Below are positions 31,142 through 41,185 of a DNA stretch of 57,263 nucleotides, piece after piece. This stretch comes from a virus. Taxonomy: Duplodnaviria > Caudoviricetes. Under the pieces are notes generated by a model, which did no database searches, was not told where the DNA came from, and saw only the letters and a program-made list of their open reading frames with translations. The stretch lies in the IMG/VR virus record IMGVR_UViG_3300042114_000075, positions 1 through 57,263 of that record; one strand, written 5' to 3'. Within the stretch, counting starts at the first letter, position 1. Every line of letters starts with the position of its first letter. The position numbers and the translations under genes are program-made.

Positions 31142-31813
31142 ATGGCAGACAGGGTTAATTTAAACTTACTAAAGAATGAAATCGACAACCGTAAAAGGGA
31201 AAAGAATCAAATTTCAACAAATCCTAATGGTGTTTTCACTACAACGCCAACACGTGATGAGTTCCTGAGTGGATTACTTGAATCTTTTCAAACAGGTAGA
31301 GATACACATTCATCTGTATTAATTAAAGAAGTCGTAAATAAAGCAGCGGAGAAAATTGGTGAGCCTGCTCCAATGCGCAACACAGCAGTATTACCAATAT
31401 CAAATTCATCACCACAGCCACATAGAATATCAAATGTTGATATGTCGATAGAAAGGGAAGAACAATTATATATCGACCTTGAAAGAAAAAGAAAATCAAC
31501 AGTTATTGAATCAATCGAAGGTTTTAATAAGACACCACAGGTTGGTGCTCCTATGAATAATTATCAGCCACAATCTGCTCCAATGCAGTTAAACGAAGCA
31601 TATCTTACTGAAAACGTTAAGAAAATCGTCAATAATTATTTGATTGAGAATTTCGGACCAGTTGTTGAAGAAGCAATAAAGAGTACGATTCTTGAAATGT
31701 ATGCAGTTGAAAGGATAAAAGAAGTTCTGCAAGAAAATAAAGAACTGGTACGAACAGTAGTCTATGAAGTGTTTAAAGAAATACGTGAAAAACAAAATGC
31801 AAAGAAAGTGTAG
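31142..31813 (+). CDS. Hypothetical helical protein
   Basis: Start MADRVN at 31142; QLNEAYLTENVKK motif; helical C-terminus. Confidence 0.65.
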   Translation: MADRVNLNLLKNEIDNRKREKNQISTNPNGVFTTTPTRDEFLSGLLESFQTGRDTHSSVLIKEVVNKAAEKIGEPAPMRNTAVLPISNSSPQPHRISNVDMSIEREEQLYIDLERKRKSTVIESIEGFNKTPQVGAPMNNYQPQSAPMQLNEAYLTENVKKIVNNYLIENFGPVVEEAIKSTILEMYAVERIKEVLQENKELVRTVVYEVFKEIREKQNAKKV

Positions 31814-31832
31814 GCAACTACACTTTTTTTTT
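31805..31832 (+). terminator. Rho-independent terminator
   Basis: AAAGTGTAG-GCAA-CTACACTTT plus T run. Confidence 0.85.
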
Positions 31833-31844
31833 ACCATTATTTCT

Positions 31845-31852
31845 GTATTTAT
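31845..31852 (+). promoter_or_regulatory. GTATTTAT putative late promoter
   Basis: After terminator, 17 nt before ATG 31870. Confidence 0.65.
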
Positions 31853-31869
31853 GCATATAGTATAATTAT

Positions 31870-34800
31870 ATGACATACGATGAATTTAAGAATTTCAAAC
31901 CACAGTTTGAAGCAATAAGGTCTTTTGCTGGTAGAATAGAAGCTGCCAAACAATATTTTGGCAAACCAATTGGTAGTGGTAGTGGTAGAATGGTGTTTAG
32001 TGTTGACGATGACAAGGTATTGAAATTGGCAAAAAACGCTAAAGGCATTGCACAAAACGAAGCCGAAACAGGCATTGGGTACTATCATGATACTCAACAC
32101 ATTGTAACAAAAGTATTTGATTCTGATGATAATAACAGTTCGTGGCTGGTTTCCGAAAAGGGCAAAAAGGTAAATGAAAGAAGAATCAAAGAGTTAACTG
32201 GTATTCCAAGTTTAAATGATTTATACATGTATCTTAGAAATTTTACCGAGCAAAATAATGGCAAGAAAAAGATGTTTGGACAATCAGAAGAAATTGTTGA
32301 CCTTCTCAATGAGAATGAATTTGCACAAGATTTAGATAATTTTATTGCTAATTATAACCAATCTGCAGGTGATATGGGCAGACCAAGTTCGTATGGCGAA
32401 GTTCTTCGTGATGGTCAACCTTCAATAGTTTTAACTGATTATGGATTAAATGATGAAGTTTATAATACATACTATGCACCAAAGAGACAGGCTTATCGAA
32501 TGTATGAGTTATATAACTTTGCAGATGGCAATGATGATATACTTTCAGATGCTGGCGGTGGTATGGACATTAGACATGGCATGTGGGCGCAAATGCCTTA
32601 TGGCGTTGGTGATGGTGATGGGGTTATAAATGAAGAGTTTGTGCATTTTGTTTCAAACAGGGACAAATATCCCAATATTCCAATGCCAAGTATGCCTTAT
32701 ATTGTTGAAGGCTTCCACGACATTGTAAACAATTTAAAAGAAATACTTGATAATCATAAAGATAAGAAAGGTTTTTATAAAAATTTATTAATTCTCCAAG
32801 ATTATTTAATCAGACAAAAGTTTTACGATAGAGAGCCGTTGGCACTTGAAGAATATTCTATTGGTAAAAAAGAAGTTCTAAACGAAGTAACTTACGATAG
32901 AGAAACTGCCGATGAAATAGCCAAGGAAGTTGCTGCAAAGAAAGGACTAAGTGCTCCAAAATATATTGGTGGTGGCTTATTTGGATATGCGTATGATATC
33001 GGCAATAATTTAATATTAAAAATAACCAATGATAATAGTGAAGCGTTTGAAAACATGGAACTTCTTGGCAAACCATTAAAATATATTGCAAAGCCATATA
33101 ATGTTTTTCAAATTAAATCACTTTCAAGATTCACTGGTAGGATGTATGCTATCGTATTGGAAAAACTCAGAACCGATGAATCATCATTTGAAGCCAGAAT
33201 GAAAAGGCTAAAATATGTTTTTGAGAAAATATTGAAAGAAAGTATGGTTTCCGTTATTTTAACATACGTAAATGGAAACAATGGCTATGTTGATACTGAT
33301 AAAGTTGAAAAGTACCTAACTAAAAACCCACAGGATATGGAGTTCTTTAACGCATTGCTAAATATTGCCAAAGAACTGAAAAAATATGGTGTTGAAAGTG
33401 TAGAGTATACAAATCCAAAAAATCTTGGTTATACTAAAGATGGTGATATAGGACTTTTTGATGTCGGCTTTACTGATTTAACATTAAATCCAAAGCCAGA
33501 ACAAATTGATTTATATGAATTTGGTGGTGATTCGCTATATTCACACACAGATAGTATTGGTGGCGATGAATTTCCAACATACAATACAAATGATACTTCG
33601 CCTTCAATTCAGAATGACCTGAATGCCAATTCAGCCATGTATAACGAAGACCTTGATTATAATCGTGTTAGTGATGCCACTCAGGATGAATATGTTATTG
33701 ATGAAAGAGTTATGTCTTCAATGGCTGGTAGCAGTACTGTTGATGTTAAGAAGAAATGTAGATTAGCAGGCAATGGTAATACAAGTACTGCATGTAATCA
33801 GGGTGATATTAGTAATTTGAACATCAAACCATTAAGAGAAATAATTGCTTTAGATTCACCAATCGGTAGTGATGGATGGAAGTCGTATAAAATTATGAAT
33901 GATGGTCAACCTGTTGGTGAAATGGAATTGACAGCATATCATAATCATAAGAATTATATTCAGTTGAGTAAAATTTTCATAAATAAAGACCAAAGACATC
34001 AAGGATATGCCCAAGATGCAATGGAACTATTAATCAACTATGCCGATACCAATAAAAAAATATTGGTATTAACACCTGATAATGTTTGGGGTGCAAGTAA
34101 AGAAAAACTAAAAAAATGGTATAAGACATTTGGTTTTGTAATGAATAGCGGGAGAAATACTGATTTTACTACAAGAGAATCAATGTATAGACTTCCAAAG
34201 GGTATGAAATTTGGTCAGTCGTTACACGAAGAACTTCTTGGTACTATTGACTATGAAGATGAAGATTTTAAAGACCCGATTGAAGCATTTAAAAATCCCA
34301 AATCAATTAAAAATATGAAACCCGATATTAGGGGAGTTATTGATAGCAAAACTGGTGATTTTTATGTTGCAAATGCAGTTAATTTTTTACATGCTGCACT
34401 TAATTTTTGGCTTAATAATAAATTAGGATTTAATTATGCTACTGATTTTAATTTAATATATCAGAATCCGTTTAAAATTGTTCCAGTTCAAAGAGACGAC
34501 AGTACAAATGTATTTAAATTAGGTGAATTGTATACAAGTGCGTTTGATGCTGATGAAATGGAAAAACTGATGCCACAAATTCAAAAAGTTTTGGATATGG
34601 CTAAAGCAAAAAATCCCGAAATTGAATTTAGTACTGAGGTAATCGACACACCAACATATCCGTTGAGAGAGGATATTGATGCCAGTGAAGCATATAGGGA
34701 TGAAGACGGATTGCAAACAATTATTGACGGAAAACGAAATATTGCTGGCTTTGTAACGTATAACAGAAAAGATGTTATTCGGAAGTTGGAAGATACGGGA

Positions 34801-36792
34801 CTAAATATACTTCCACTTACTGGAAACCCACATGGGTTAGTAATTGTATTTAATGACAGAGGCAGAGAAAATGCCATGAAGTTATGGAAATACGCAACAT
34901 CTAAAGGTGGTTATTTTGAAGATAATACACCAGAAGAAGCACGTTTTATTGGTAAGATGCTCCAATATACTGATGATTCAATAAAACGTTTTATTCATAG
35001 AATATATGATGAGAACGGTCAAAGAAGAAAAAAAATATATAATGAAGAAAGTCACGTCATAAATATAAATGAATATCCACAACAAATGGTAAAGGCTTAT
35101 GGTAAAACTGGTCTATATGATAAGGAGGATATGGATGCTATTTTATCAGTAACTGGTGGAGACCCATATACTAAATGGATTGCAGATATTTTTTATTATT
35201 TGACAAATCGTTATAATAAAAAAACGGCTACGCCAACAAAATTAACTGAAAGGGACAGGCAAATTCTTGTGGATGCTCATGAAAATATAAAAAGATATGA
35301 TAAAAATATCATACCCATTCACGATTTATATGCCCAAGAACATAATGCACATCCATTAGATAAAATGAATGATTTGAGAACCAGAGAGTTAATTATTGAA
35401 AAATTAAGAAAATTTCCAAGCATTTTACTTCGTAATTTAAGAGCAGATATAAGAGTGGAAAGAGACCATTATGAGTTAAATGAGTTATTCCAAACAGTTA
35501 AAGAAATTCAAAATATTTTAAAACTATTGGAACAAGTAAAACCGGAAAATAGGGAAAAGATTTATAAGAAAGTGTTTTCAAGTGCCAACGATACTTTTGC
35601 TGGCATAAAGAAAAGGCTTGATGATACAACAATACCATATCTTTCACAGGGTTTGGAGCGTGAAGATATTATTAAAAAAGTAGATGATATGGGTAATGAA
35701 GCCGAAATTTTATATGATAACAATAATATTTTGGTTGTGAAGATTATGAGTGCAGAAGCAATGGGATACATTGGTTGTAGCTCACAATGGTGTTTTGCAT
35801 CAAATCCAGAACACTATTGGGACAATTATACAAATCATGGTTTTGCAACAATCGTGTTTAATTTTAATGAACCAGAAAGCGAACCAAATAGAATGGTTGT
35901 TGTATTGGAAGATGGTAGTGTTTATGGCATGTATAATGAATATATAGAAGATGGTTATCAATATCTTAGTGATATTGGTGTGAATGATGTGATAAATCAA
36001 GACGTTAAAGATTATACCGAAGTTGATAAACATTTCAGCAAAATTCCACGCATGGGTGAAGTGAAAAATTTCAAAGAAAGTGTTGGTGATAAATATGATG
36101 AGAAACGTTTCAATGTGAAACCAGAGTTCAGCGATTTTGAAGACAAATATTCTGATTATCTTGGTAAACAAGCACAGGACGAAGTGGTGTATGACGATAC
36201 TAATATGGGAGGTACGTTGAAAATTATAAAGAATCCCAAATCATTATCCAATATAGGTCCTAACGTCAGAGGTGTTATTGATAGGGAAGGAAATTTTTAC
36301 ACGGAACAAAAAGTATCAGGTAAAGTACATAATGCAATTCTTGGTGTTTTAGAAGATTTGAAATTAATATCGGAAAATCGGAATTGGACTGAGGTTTTAC
36401 CAGTTAATTTCATTACTGTGATGCGATTATATAATACTAATGACATATATCTCGGTGAATCGAACACGATGATGACACCAACGGAAGATAGAGACCCACA
36501 TTATTATGGTGAAGGATATTGGGAAACTTTTCCAACATATGAAGAAGCAGAGCCAGTCTTTCAGAGTTTTATGAATTCAGCAAAGGCTAAAAATCCAAGG
36601 ATTAACTTCATAAATAAAAACATTGTTTACACCGAATATATAAAAGAATATAATAATTCTGATAATGGTGTTGATGGCTTAGAAAATAGCAGTACTTTTG
36701 CAGCCGAAATTCCAGTAACTAATTCAAGTGAATTAATGAAAGAAGAAATTGAAATTAAATATAATATTAAAGAGGCAAGACAATTAATGTAA
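31870..36792 (+). CDS. 1640-aa polyvalent protein: two kinase-like domains, GNAT acetyltransferase, two NPKS domains, other unknown domains
   Basis: IGSGSGRMVF..VLKLAK..LTDYG; IGGGLFGYAY..ILKIT..PKNLG..LFDVG; KIFINKDQRHQGYAQ..KWYKTFGF; IGCSSQWCF domain. Confidence 0.75.
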   Translation: MTYDEFKNFKPQFEAIRSFAGRIEAAKQYFGKPIGSGSGRMVFSVDDDKVLKLAKNAKGIAQNEAETGIGYYHDTQHIVTKVFDSDDNNSSWLVSEKGKKVNERRIKELTGIPSLNDLYMYLRNFTEQNNGKKKMFGQSEEIVDLLNENEFAQDLDNFIANYNQSAGDMGRPSSYGEVLRDGQPSIVLTDYGLNDEVYNTYYAPKRQAYRMYELYNFADGNDDILSDAGGGMDIRHGMWAQMPYGVGDGDGVINEEFVHFVSNRDKYPNIPMPSMPYIVEGFHDIVNNLKEILDNHKDKKGFYKNLLILQDYLIRQKFYDREPLALEEYSIGKKEVLNEVTYDRETADEIAKEVAAKKGLSAPKYIGGGLFGYAYDIGNNLILKITNDNSEAFENMELLGKPLKYIAKPYNVFQIKSLSRFTGRMYAIVLEKLRTDESSFEARMKRLKYVFEKILKESMVSVILTYVNGNNGYVDTDKVEKYLTKNPQDMEFFNALLNIAKELKKYGVESVEYTNPKNLGYTKDGDIGLFDVGFTDLTLNPKPEQIDLYEFGGDSLYSHTDSIGGDEFPTYNTNDTSPSIQNDLNANSAMYNEDLDYNRVSDATQDEYVIDERVMSSMAGSSTVDVKKKCRLAGNGNTSTACNQGDISNLNIKPLREIIALDSPIGSDGWKSYKIMNDGQPVGEMELTAYHNHKNYIQLSKIFINKDQRHQGYAQDAMELLINYADTNKKILVLTPDNVWGASKEKLKKWYKTFGFVMNSGRNTDFTTRESMYRLPKGMKFGQSLHEELLGTIDYEDEDFKDPIEAFKNPKSIKNMKPDIRGVIDSKTGDFYVANAVNFLHAALNFWLNNKLGFNYATDFNLIYQNPFKIVPVQRDDSTNVFKLGELYTSAFDADEMEKLMPQIQKVLDMAKAKNPEIEFSTEVIDTPTYPLREDIDASEAYRDEDGLQTIIDGKRNIAGFVTYNRKDVIRKLEDTGLNILPLTGNPHGLVIVFNDRGRENAMKLWKYATSKGGYFEDNTPEEARFIGKMLQYTDDSIKRFIHRIYDENGQRRKKIYNEESHVININEYPQQMVKAYGKTGLYDKEDMDAILSVTGGDPYTKWIADIFYYLTNRYNKKTATPTKLTERDRQILVDAHENIKRYDKNIIPIHDLYAQEHNAHPLDKMNDLRTRELIIEKLRKFPSILLRNLRADIRVERDHYELNELFQTVKEIQNILKLLEQVKPENREKIYKKVFSSANDTFAGIKKRLDDTTIPYLSQGLEREDIIKKVDDMGNEAEILYDNNNILVVKIMSAEAMGYIGCSSQWCFASNPEHYWDNYTNHGFATIVFNFNEPESEPNRMVVVLEDGSVYGMYNEYIEDGYQYLSDIGVNDVINQDVKDYTEVDKHFSKIPRMGEVKNFKESVGDKYDEKRFNVKPEFSDFEDKYSDYLGKQAQDEVVYDDTNMGGTLKIIKNPKSLSNIGPNVRGVIDREGNFYTEQKVSGKVHNAILGVLEDLKLISENRNWTEVLPVNFITVMRLYNTNDIYLGESNTMMTPTEDRDPHYYGEGYWETFPTYEEAEPVFQSFMNSAKAKNPRINFINKNIVYTEYIKEYNNSDNGVDGLENSSTFAAEIPVTNSSELMKEEIEIKYNIKEARQLM
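36671..36700 (+). promoter_or_regulatory. Bacteroidota-type promoter embedded in 3' end of the 1640-aa gene
   Basis: TTG (36671-73), 19-nt spacer, TACTTTTG (36693-700) followed by CAGC. Confidence 0.45.
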
Positions 36793-36828
36793 TTTTGACC
36801 CATTGCGTATCTTTTGTGAGGTTCTATA

Positions 36829-36836
36829 CTATTTAT
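36829..36836 (+). promoter_or_regulatory. CTATTTAT late-promoter variant
   Basis: Upstream of ATG 36878. Confidence 0.5.
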
Positions 36837-36877
36837 GGTCATGGAAAATAAATGGAGTAATAACGAAATTAATCTAC

Positions 36878-39800
36878 ATGGGTAAAATAGAAGAATTTAT
36901 AGCAGTTATGCGTAGTAAGCCATTTATTAAATCATTAATCGATAATAAATCTGAGATTTTTGCTGTTGGTGGAGTTGTACGTGATTTAATATTAAATAAA
37001 CCGAATAAGGATATTGATTTAGTTGTGAGAAACAAGTCTATTGATGAATTAATATCTGAATTGGAAAAGTTTGGTAGGGTTGATGTTGTGGGTAAATCAT
37101 TCGGAGTTATAAAATTTATTGATTCAGAAGGAACTGATTATGATATTGCATTGCCACGACAAGATATAAAAAATGATGTTGGTGGATATCGTGGTTTTGA
37201 TGTGCAAAGTGATGCTAATTTATCTATTGGTGCTGATTTAAGCAGAAGGGATGCGAAGTTTAATGCAATGGCAATAAATTTAAATACTGGAAAATTTTTA
37301 GACCCATTAGGTGGATTAAAGGATATTGAAAATAAACAAACATCGGCAGCAAATCCACAAGCATTTTTAGATGACCCACTGAGGATGTTGAGAATGGTGA
37401 GTTTTAGTTCACGTTTTGGTTTCATAATTGAGCCAAGAACAATGAAAATGATTCAAGACACTGCCGAAAGAATAAAAGAGATAACACCCCAAAGAATTTT
37501 AATTGAGTTCGATAAGATAGTTAAAAAGGGAAATAAAAGGATTGCAGCACAACTGTTGAAAGACACTGGATTATTTAAACACATATTTGGGTTTGATATC
37601 CAGCAATCAACGATTGATAGGAGTCCGTTTGAAGACACACGTACAATGGGTGAATTTTTATATCTATTGACACGTCTTCTGCCAGACCCTGCAACATACT
37701 TTAAGACAAACATGAGGGGTGATATTGATACCTACAAAGAAATTAAAGCACTTAACATGGGTTTGTCAAATGAAAATGAAAACCCAATTGCTTTAAGGTC
37801 AGTTGCTTACAATATGTATGGAACATCACCACAGTCATTACAAAGTCAGATACTTCCTACTGCTCTTAGGACAGCAGCTGATGAATTATTGTCAGGTAAA
37901 TTTCCAAAGACACTTAGTGAAATGGCTGTAAATGGCAATGATTTGCTTGAAAAGGGTTTGAAGGGTAGCGAAATTGGTCAGGTATTAAAAAAAATGCTGT
38001 TGAAAGTATATTCAGGCAAAGTTGCTAATGATAAGGATGCTCTTTTGGCGTTACTTGATAACAATGACTTAGATGAAGCATTTGGCAGAAGAACAGATGA
38101 TGACGAAGAACTTGAAAGAAAATTATTAATCCAAAAGTATGACGAAATTGGAGAAATTGCTGGATATGTTTTAAGTGTTAATCGTGATGGGAAGAGGTAT
38201 TTGCCGATATTTATAAATCCAAAATCGCTTAAATATTTTGAAGCAAATGTTAAAGCACTTGGCAACATAAAAGGCAACATATATGTTGTATTGGAAAACG
38301 GTGGATTTATTCATGGTTATATTGCTGTTGGAGCTGGACTTTTTGGTGATAACAATGGAATTTATAATAATTATGATACCTATGCTACCCTAAACAGAAT
38401 TGATAAGACCGATACATTTGAAATAGGTGAAATGACGTTGGAAAGTGCTATTAATAATGATGCAATGTATAATGTTGATGCAATTTTGGATGCAATTAAA
38501 CAAAAGAATCCACAATATGACTACCTTAACACCAACAGAGAAATTGATAAAATAAAAGCAATGAGTGAAGGAGTTGGTGATAAGTATGCTGAAAAGAAAT
38601 TTGGAATACCTGATGCTGGTAGAGAGTTTGAAGACAAGTATCAACGACACAGATTAGTAATAGATGGTGAAGAACCATTTGGTTATGTAAGTGGCTTTAT
38701 TGACTGGAAAGGCAATATGTCACCAGAAAAAGTACCTGTTTATAAAAACCCTAAGTCGTTAATTAGGTTTGATTATGATGTAAGAGCAATTTCGGATAAT
38801 CAAGGCAATTTATATGTTGCACTGGTTAATGAAAGTTTTAATCATGGTGAAATGGCTGCACATATTGGTTTAGTTGGTGGTGATGATACTATATATGATA
38901 GAATCACTGACTACCTTTTATTGAACAGGGTTAAGGATAAAGATGTTTTTGGGTTCGCTGATAGTAGTGAAGAAGAATATAACCAGAGCAATGAAGACCG
39001 TAAACGTGTCATTGAATTACTTGGTCTGGTTGGTAGAAGAAATTCGCAATTCAAATTCATTCCTAAGTATTATGAGGAAATTACTGGTGATAAAAATATT
39101 GATGAAAGTCTTAATGAAACCATAAAGGGTGGTACTTACATAATGTATCATGGCAGTGACCATGCTTTTAATAAGTTCACCGATGAATTTGTTGGTGGTG
39201 AAAATGCTAATGACCAAGAGGGTGCTGGAATTTATTTCACAACTTCCGAAGAAGAAGCTAATAGGTATGGTAGATACATCTACAAAGTAGAATTGAAACC
39301 AAGAAAACTAATTGATGTTGCAAATAAAAGAGTTGTTTCAGCAACTAACATAGCCAAATTAATTAAAATGTCTCCCACATGGAAAGAAGATGTTTTAAAT
39401 TGGGATGAAAGTGTAATGAGAGGCTTGGCAGAAGCAATTAAAGGTATTTACAATTATTCTGACAACGAAAAAGACTTGTATCAGCAAATTGAGCATGACT
39501 TCTTTAGGTATCAGCCACGATTATATGTTCAAGGTATGACAAAATTGGGATTTGATGGTCAGTATATTAAAAAAGATTATGAAGGTATTACACATATCAT
39601 TGTTTATAATCCTGAAATCATTACCATACTTGAAAGCAATACAGAACAATTAAACGAAGAAGAAATGGGCAGAGTATTATATAGTGCCATCGTACTTGAC
39701 AACCAATCGAAGCAGAAACTAATTAAAGTGTTTAAGCCTATGATTCCAAAGGATTGGGAAATTATTGCACATCACATGACATTAAACATGGGTGCTATTG

Positions 39801-40924
39801 ATAAGAAGTTTGAACAGGATTTAGGCCGTGATATTGGGTTAAGTGTCATTGACTATGCTATAGACGATAAGGTTATGGCAGTTGGTGTTGAAGGCTATCC
39901 AACCAACAAAGGGAAAGCACATATAACACTTGCTGTAAATAGGGGCGATGGTGGCAAACCAATGATGTCAAATAATTTAACCGATTGGAAGCCATTAGAT
40001 TTCCCATTAAAATTAACTGGAACAGTAACAGAAGTAACGAATGCGCCAAAACTTAATGAAAATGTTGAAAATAAAAAAACAAAAGTTAATTATGGCTGTT
40101 TGATGACATTTCTTTCAATACCTAATTGGGAAAAAATTACATCAATCGTAAAACCAAAAGATTTATATGATAAAAAAGGATATGGCATTGAAAAAGAGCC
40201 ACATGTGACGATATTATATGGATTTCATGACGATGTTGATGTAAACGAAGTTTTTGAAAAATATAAGAACAATCAAGAACTGAAACCAATTGAACTTGAA
40301 TTAACAGGTATATCATATTTTGAAACACCAGAATTTGATGTAGTAAAATTTGATGTTCAATCCGATGTACTGACCAAAATGAATAAGATTATGAAAAGTT
40401 TTCCACATACATCGGATTTTCCAGATTATCATCCACATATGACAATTGCATATGTTAAAAAGGGACAGGGTAGCAAATATGTGAAAAAGTTCGAAAAAAA
40501 TAAAAAATTATTTGGAAACGAATTGGTTTATACCGAAAAAGAAAATAGTGAAAAAGAAAGTAGCGGAAAAGATGGCTATGTTTTAAATTTAGATACGTCA
40601 AACAGTATAAATGAATCACACGAAAAATCAAAATATACTAATACTAAGGATGCATTAATAAGGTCAAAATCAATTTCTAAAGAAATGAAAGAATTGATTG
40701 GTAAATATTTAATAAGTGGAAGCGAATATCATGAAGGTGGACATTTATATGAATTAAGTAAGCCTAATGCATTACGTGAAAAATCAACAAAGGCTAATGG
40801 TGTTAGCATGGGTGCAGATAAAAATGGTTTTTATGTTTATACTCATAGGGCAAGAAGCAAATCACACCCTACACCAGAGCAAATCACAATAAAAGAGATT
40901 GAATTTATAGAAAGTACTGGTTAA
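36878..40924 (+). CDS. About 1350-aa polyvalent protein: CCA-adding/poly(A) polymerase-family nucleotidyltransferase, two NPKS domains, ART-like domain, two 2H phosphoesterases, THRARSKS domain
   Basis: VGGVVRD..DIDL..DLSRRD..DDPLRMLR; YHGS..GIYFT..GFDG; HHMTL..HITL; EPHVTILYG..HPHMTIAY; start MGKIEE at 36878. Confidence 0.85.
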   Translation: MGKIEEFIAVMRSKPFIKSLIDNKSEIFAVGGVVRDLILNKPNKDIDLVVRNKSIDELISELEKFGRVDVVGKSFGVIKFIDSEGTDYDIALPRQDIKNDVGGYRGFDVQSDANLSIGADLSRRDAKFNAMAINLNTGKFLDPLGGLKDIENKQTSAANPQAFLDDPLRMLRMVSFSSRFGFIIEPRTMKMIQDTAERIKEITPQRILIEFDKIVKKGNKRIAAQLLKDTGLFKHIFGFDIQQSTIDRSPFEDTRTMGEFLYLLTRLLPDPATYFKTNMRGDIDTYKEIKALNMGLSNENENPIALRSVAYNMYGTSPQSLQSQILPTALRTAADELLSGKFPKTLSEMAVNGNDLLEKGLKGSEIGQVLKKMLLKVYSGKVANDKDALLALLDNNDLDEAFGRRTDDDEELERKLLIQKYDEIGEIAGYVLSVNRDGKRYLPIFINPKSLKYFEANVKALGNIKGNIYVVLENGGFIHGYIAVGAGLFGDNNGIYNNYDTYATLNRIDKTDTFEIGEMTLESAINNDAMYNVDAILDAIKQKNPQYDYLNTNREIDKIKAMSEGVGDKYAEKKFGIPDAGREFEDKYQRHRLVIDGEEPFGYVSGFIDWKGNMSPEKVPVYKNPKSLIRFDYDVRAISDNQGNLYVALVNESFNHGEMAAHIGLVGGDDTIYDRITDYLLLNRVKDKDVFGFADSSEEEYNQSNEDRKRVIELLGLVGRRNSQFKFIPKYYEEITGDKNIDESLNETIKGGTYIMYHGSDHAFNKFTDEFVGGENANDQEGAGIYFTTSEEEANRYGRYIYKVELKPRKLIDVANKRVVSATNIAKLIKMSPTWKEDVLNWDESVMRGLAEAIKGIYNYSDNEKDLYQQIEHDFFRYQPRLYVQGMTKLGFDGQYIKKDYEGITHIIVYNPEIITILESNTEQLNEEEMGRVLYSAIVLDNQSKQKLIKVFKPMIPKDWEIIAHHMTLNMGAIDKKFEQDLGRDIGLSVIDYAIDDKVMAVGVEGYPTNKGKAHITLAVNRGDGGKPMMSNNLTDWKPLDFPLKLTGTVTEVTNAPKLNENVENKKTKVNYGCLMTFLSIPNWEKITSIVKPKDLYDKKGYGIEKEPHVTILYGFHDDVDVNEVFEKYKNNQELKPIELELTGISYFETPEFDVVKFDVQSDVLTKMNKIMKSFPHTSDFPDYHPHMTIAYVKKGQGSKYVKKFEKNKKLFGNELVYTEKENSEKESSGKDGYVLNLDTSNSINESHEKSKYTNTKDALIRSKSISKEMKELIGKYLISGSEYHEGGHLYELSKPNALREKSTKANGVSMGADKNGFYVYTHRARSKSHPTPEQITIKEIEFIESTG

Positions 40925-41090
40925 TATTGATAGTTTACAAGAGAAAATTGAAAGGGATTTGGGTAAGGGGTTAACCAACAGTTAACAAAATCTTGAACAA
41001 TTTTACACATTATTTAACAATAGTTCTTTGAAATAATTAATTTGAAAAAAGTGATATTTTTAATTAATATATACTTATTTTAGCCAATGA

Positions 41091-41098
41091 GTATTTAT
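41091..41098 (+). promoter_or_regulatory. GTATTTAT putative late promoter
   Basis: Intergenic, about 90 nt before ATG 41186. Confidence 0.5.
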
Positions 41099-41185
41099 TA
41101 ATAAAATAATAATCAGCAATTTCATTTATGTTATAATTTTTCATGATTTTGTTGTTTTTATGGTAAATACTAAAAGTTTTGTGAA

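Noticed and set aside
30145-36877. Longer starts given for ORFs 30145, 30971 and 36803 (also 754 and 53169)
   Set aside because: Extensions overlap upstream genes, terminators or promoter motifs, or look non-coding; downstream starts fit better
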